Below are positions 62,474-64,000 of a DNA stretch of 64,000 nt, piece by piece; the stretch's first letter is position 1, and each line of letters starts with the position of its first letter. The notes under the pieces are model-generated. The model did no database searches, was not told the origin of the DNA, and saw only the letters and a program-made list of their open reading frames with translations. The DNA is from an uncultured Phycisphaerales bacterium (GTDB lineage Bacteria > Planctomycetota > Phycisphaerae > Phycisphaerales > SM1A02), in the NCBI GenBank assembly GCA_938084645.1, contig CALKEP010000002.1:1-64000 (forward strand). The letters are read 5' to 3'. Both the position numbers and the translations under genes were made by a program.

Positions 62474-63526
62474 ATGCAGAAGATCACGAACCGCCTCTCC
62501 CTCGTCGCGATTCTCGCCGCCGGCATCGCCCCCGCGTGGACCTGCGACTCGGCCATGGGCCAGAACCTCTCCGACCGGATCCGTGCCGTCGCGAAACAGC
62601 GAGAAGCCGAGGCCTCCCGCGACACCAGTCAGGCCGCCCTCCTCGGTGCCCTGATCTACACCGACATCAGCGTGGACTTCGACGAGACGCCGGCCCGCGA
62701 GGCCTTCGACTACCTGCGTCAGATCCTGGGCGTCGATCTCGTCGTCCGGTACAACGATGACCGCAGCGGCCTGGGCATCGACCCCGAGGCGCCGATCACC
62801 TTGAAAGCGACGGACAAGCCTGCGCTCACGGTGGTCGAGATGATGCTCGACCAGTGCGGCGATCTCGACCCCTGCACCTGGCAGCTCCGCCGAGGCTTCA
62901 TCGAGCTCGGCACCAAGGAGCGACTCTCCGCCCCGGCGGCTCGCAAGCTGCGGATGTACCCGATTCGCGACCTCCTCTTCGAAGTCCCGATGTTCGACAA
63001 CGCACCCGAATTCGACCTGAGCAGTTCCCTCCAGTCCGGCGGTGGTGGCGCCGGCGGCGGTGGCGGCGGGTTCGGCGGCGGTGGTGGCGGCGGCGGATTC
63101 GGCGGCGGCGGTGGTGGTGGTGGCGGCGGCGGATTCGGCGGCGGTGGCGGTGGTGGCGGCGGCGGCGGTGGCGGCGGTGCTCCATTCGGCAATCCCGAAG
63201 GCGAGCCGGAACGTCTCTCCGAGGAGGAGAAGACGCAGCAGCTGATCGACATCATCGTCGAGACCATCGAGCCGGAGGCCTGGCAGATGAACGGTGGCGA
63301 TGCGGCTTCCATTCGCTACTACGAAGGCGTTCTGATCATCCGCGCCCCGGACTACATCCAGCGACAGATCGGCGGCTATCCGTTCGCACCGAGACGACGG
63401 GCGGCGCCGACGCAGTCCCGAAACGGACGCTACGTGAGCTTCTCCGCACCGATCTCGATCATCGAGAACGTGAAGTTCCGTGGAACCACGGTCACCGGGT
63501 CCGCTGGAGGCGGCGGAAACCCCTGA
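62474..63526 (+). CDS. Exported protein with secretin N-domain-like segments and a poly-Gly loop
   Basis: GGAG SD, signal peptide, ISVDF..P..EAFDYL, YPIRDLL, LIDII..TIEPEAW..GVLIIRAP. Confidence 0.75.
   Translation: MQKITNRLSLVAILAAGIAPAWTCDSAMGQNLSDRIRAVAKQREAEASRDTSQAALLGALIYTDISVDFDETPAREAFDYLRQILGVDLVVRYNDDRSGLGIDPEAPITLKATDKPALTVVEMMLDQCGDLDPCTWQLRRGFIELGTKERLSAPAARKLRMYPIRDLLFEVPMFDNAPEFDLSSSLQSGGGGAGGGGGGFGGGGGGGGFGGGGGGGGGGGFGGGGGGGGGGGGGGAPFGNPEGEPERLSEEEKTQQLIDIIVETIEPEAWQMNGGDAASIRYYEGVLIIRAPDYIQRQIGGYPFAPRRRAAPTQSRNGRYVSFSAPISIIENVKFRGTTVTGSAGGGGNP
63038..63178 (+). repeat. GGY low-complexity tract (47 codons: 43 Gly, 3 Phe, 1 Ala)
   Basis: Directly visible ggc/ggt run. Confidence 0.95.
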
Positions 63527-63536
63527 GGATCCGACC

Positions 63537-64000
63537 ATGCGACGACACTCGACCGCGACACTCCTCCTCGCGTTGGTGGCCGCATGCCCGATCGGTGATC
63601 GTCCGACCGAAGCCGCCTCCACGCCGATCACGTTGAATTCCACCACGGAGACGGGGACCATCCGAATCGTCGGGGCGGAGCGCACGCGGCCCGATGGCGA
63701 CCTCTGGGCCCGCTCCGACGCGGACGTCCACGGACGACTGGCCCTGCTGCGCGTCGAGATCATCTGTGAGGACGCGGATCCGCGACGCGCCAGACGCGCA
63801 TTCGCCGACGTGCTCGGCCTCAACTTCATCGATCACTTCCCCAAGTCCGGGCAGGATGCGCAGGCTCCAGCGACCATCTCGATCTCGCTTCGGGACGTCA
63901 CCGCCGCCGAAGCTCTCGAAGCCCTCATCGAGGCGTCGAGCGGGAGTCGTCGTGGCGCCTGGCAGGTTCGCTCCGGCATCCTCGAAGTCGGTCCGCGGGA
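63537..64000 (+). CDS. Paralogue of the preceding gene, truncated by the window end
   Basis: Manual translation open to the edge: MRRHSTATLLLALVAAC...ISISLRDVTAAEALEAL...AWQVRSGILEVGPR, matching TWQLRRGFIELGTK upstream. Confidence 0.75.
   Translation, partial: MRRHSTATLLLALVAACPIGDRPTEAASTPITLNSTTETGTIRIVGAERTRPDGDLWARSDADVHGRLALLRVEIICEDADPRRARRAFADVLGLNFIDHFPKSGQDAQAPATISISLRDVTAAEALEALIEASSGSRRGAWQVRSGILEVGPR

Noticed and set aside
63537..64000. Frameshifted pseudogene at the window end
   Set aside because: Codon-by-codon reading keeps one open frame from ATG 63537 to the edge; it is presumably missing from the ORF track because its stop lies outside the window.

Overview
GC-rich bacterial chromosome segment, most consistent with Planctomycetota (probably Phycisphaerales; inferred from dockerin-like C-terminal tags, Cys-rich repeat proteins and gene content). 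It is mostly housekeeping: the end of a bat operon, tRNA-Ser(CGA), rpoZ/coaC, clc-rnpA-yidD, cmk-plsC-cca, gcvH, uvrB/uvrA, purN, hpf-PTS EIIA-HPr, gpsA, fbaB, mnmA, a probable 6S RNA and rpsA. No mobile element or CRISPR array was seen. The most interesting region is 9.9-25 kb. It holds three tandem SPFH (HflK/C-like) genes co-transcribed with an ABC ATPase, a permease and a large exported protein, plus a divergent second permease. Next to these are two exported NfeD/ClpP-fold paralogues with complementary active-site loss (one keeps the Ser, the other keeps the Lys), behind an ECF-sigma-like promoter. Other unannotated signals: a candidate ~80-nt sRNA, a 54-aa basic gene between uvrB and uvrA, a P1B ATPase with a CPG motif, and repeated TANNNT boxes 6-7 nt before start codons (probable leaderless mRNAs). 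All family assignments come from motif recognition by eye; no database search was run.
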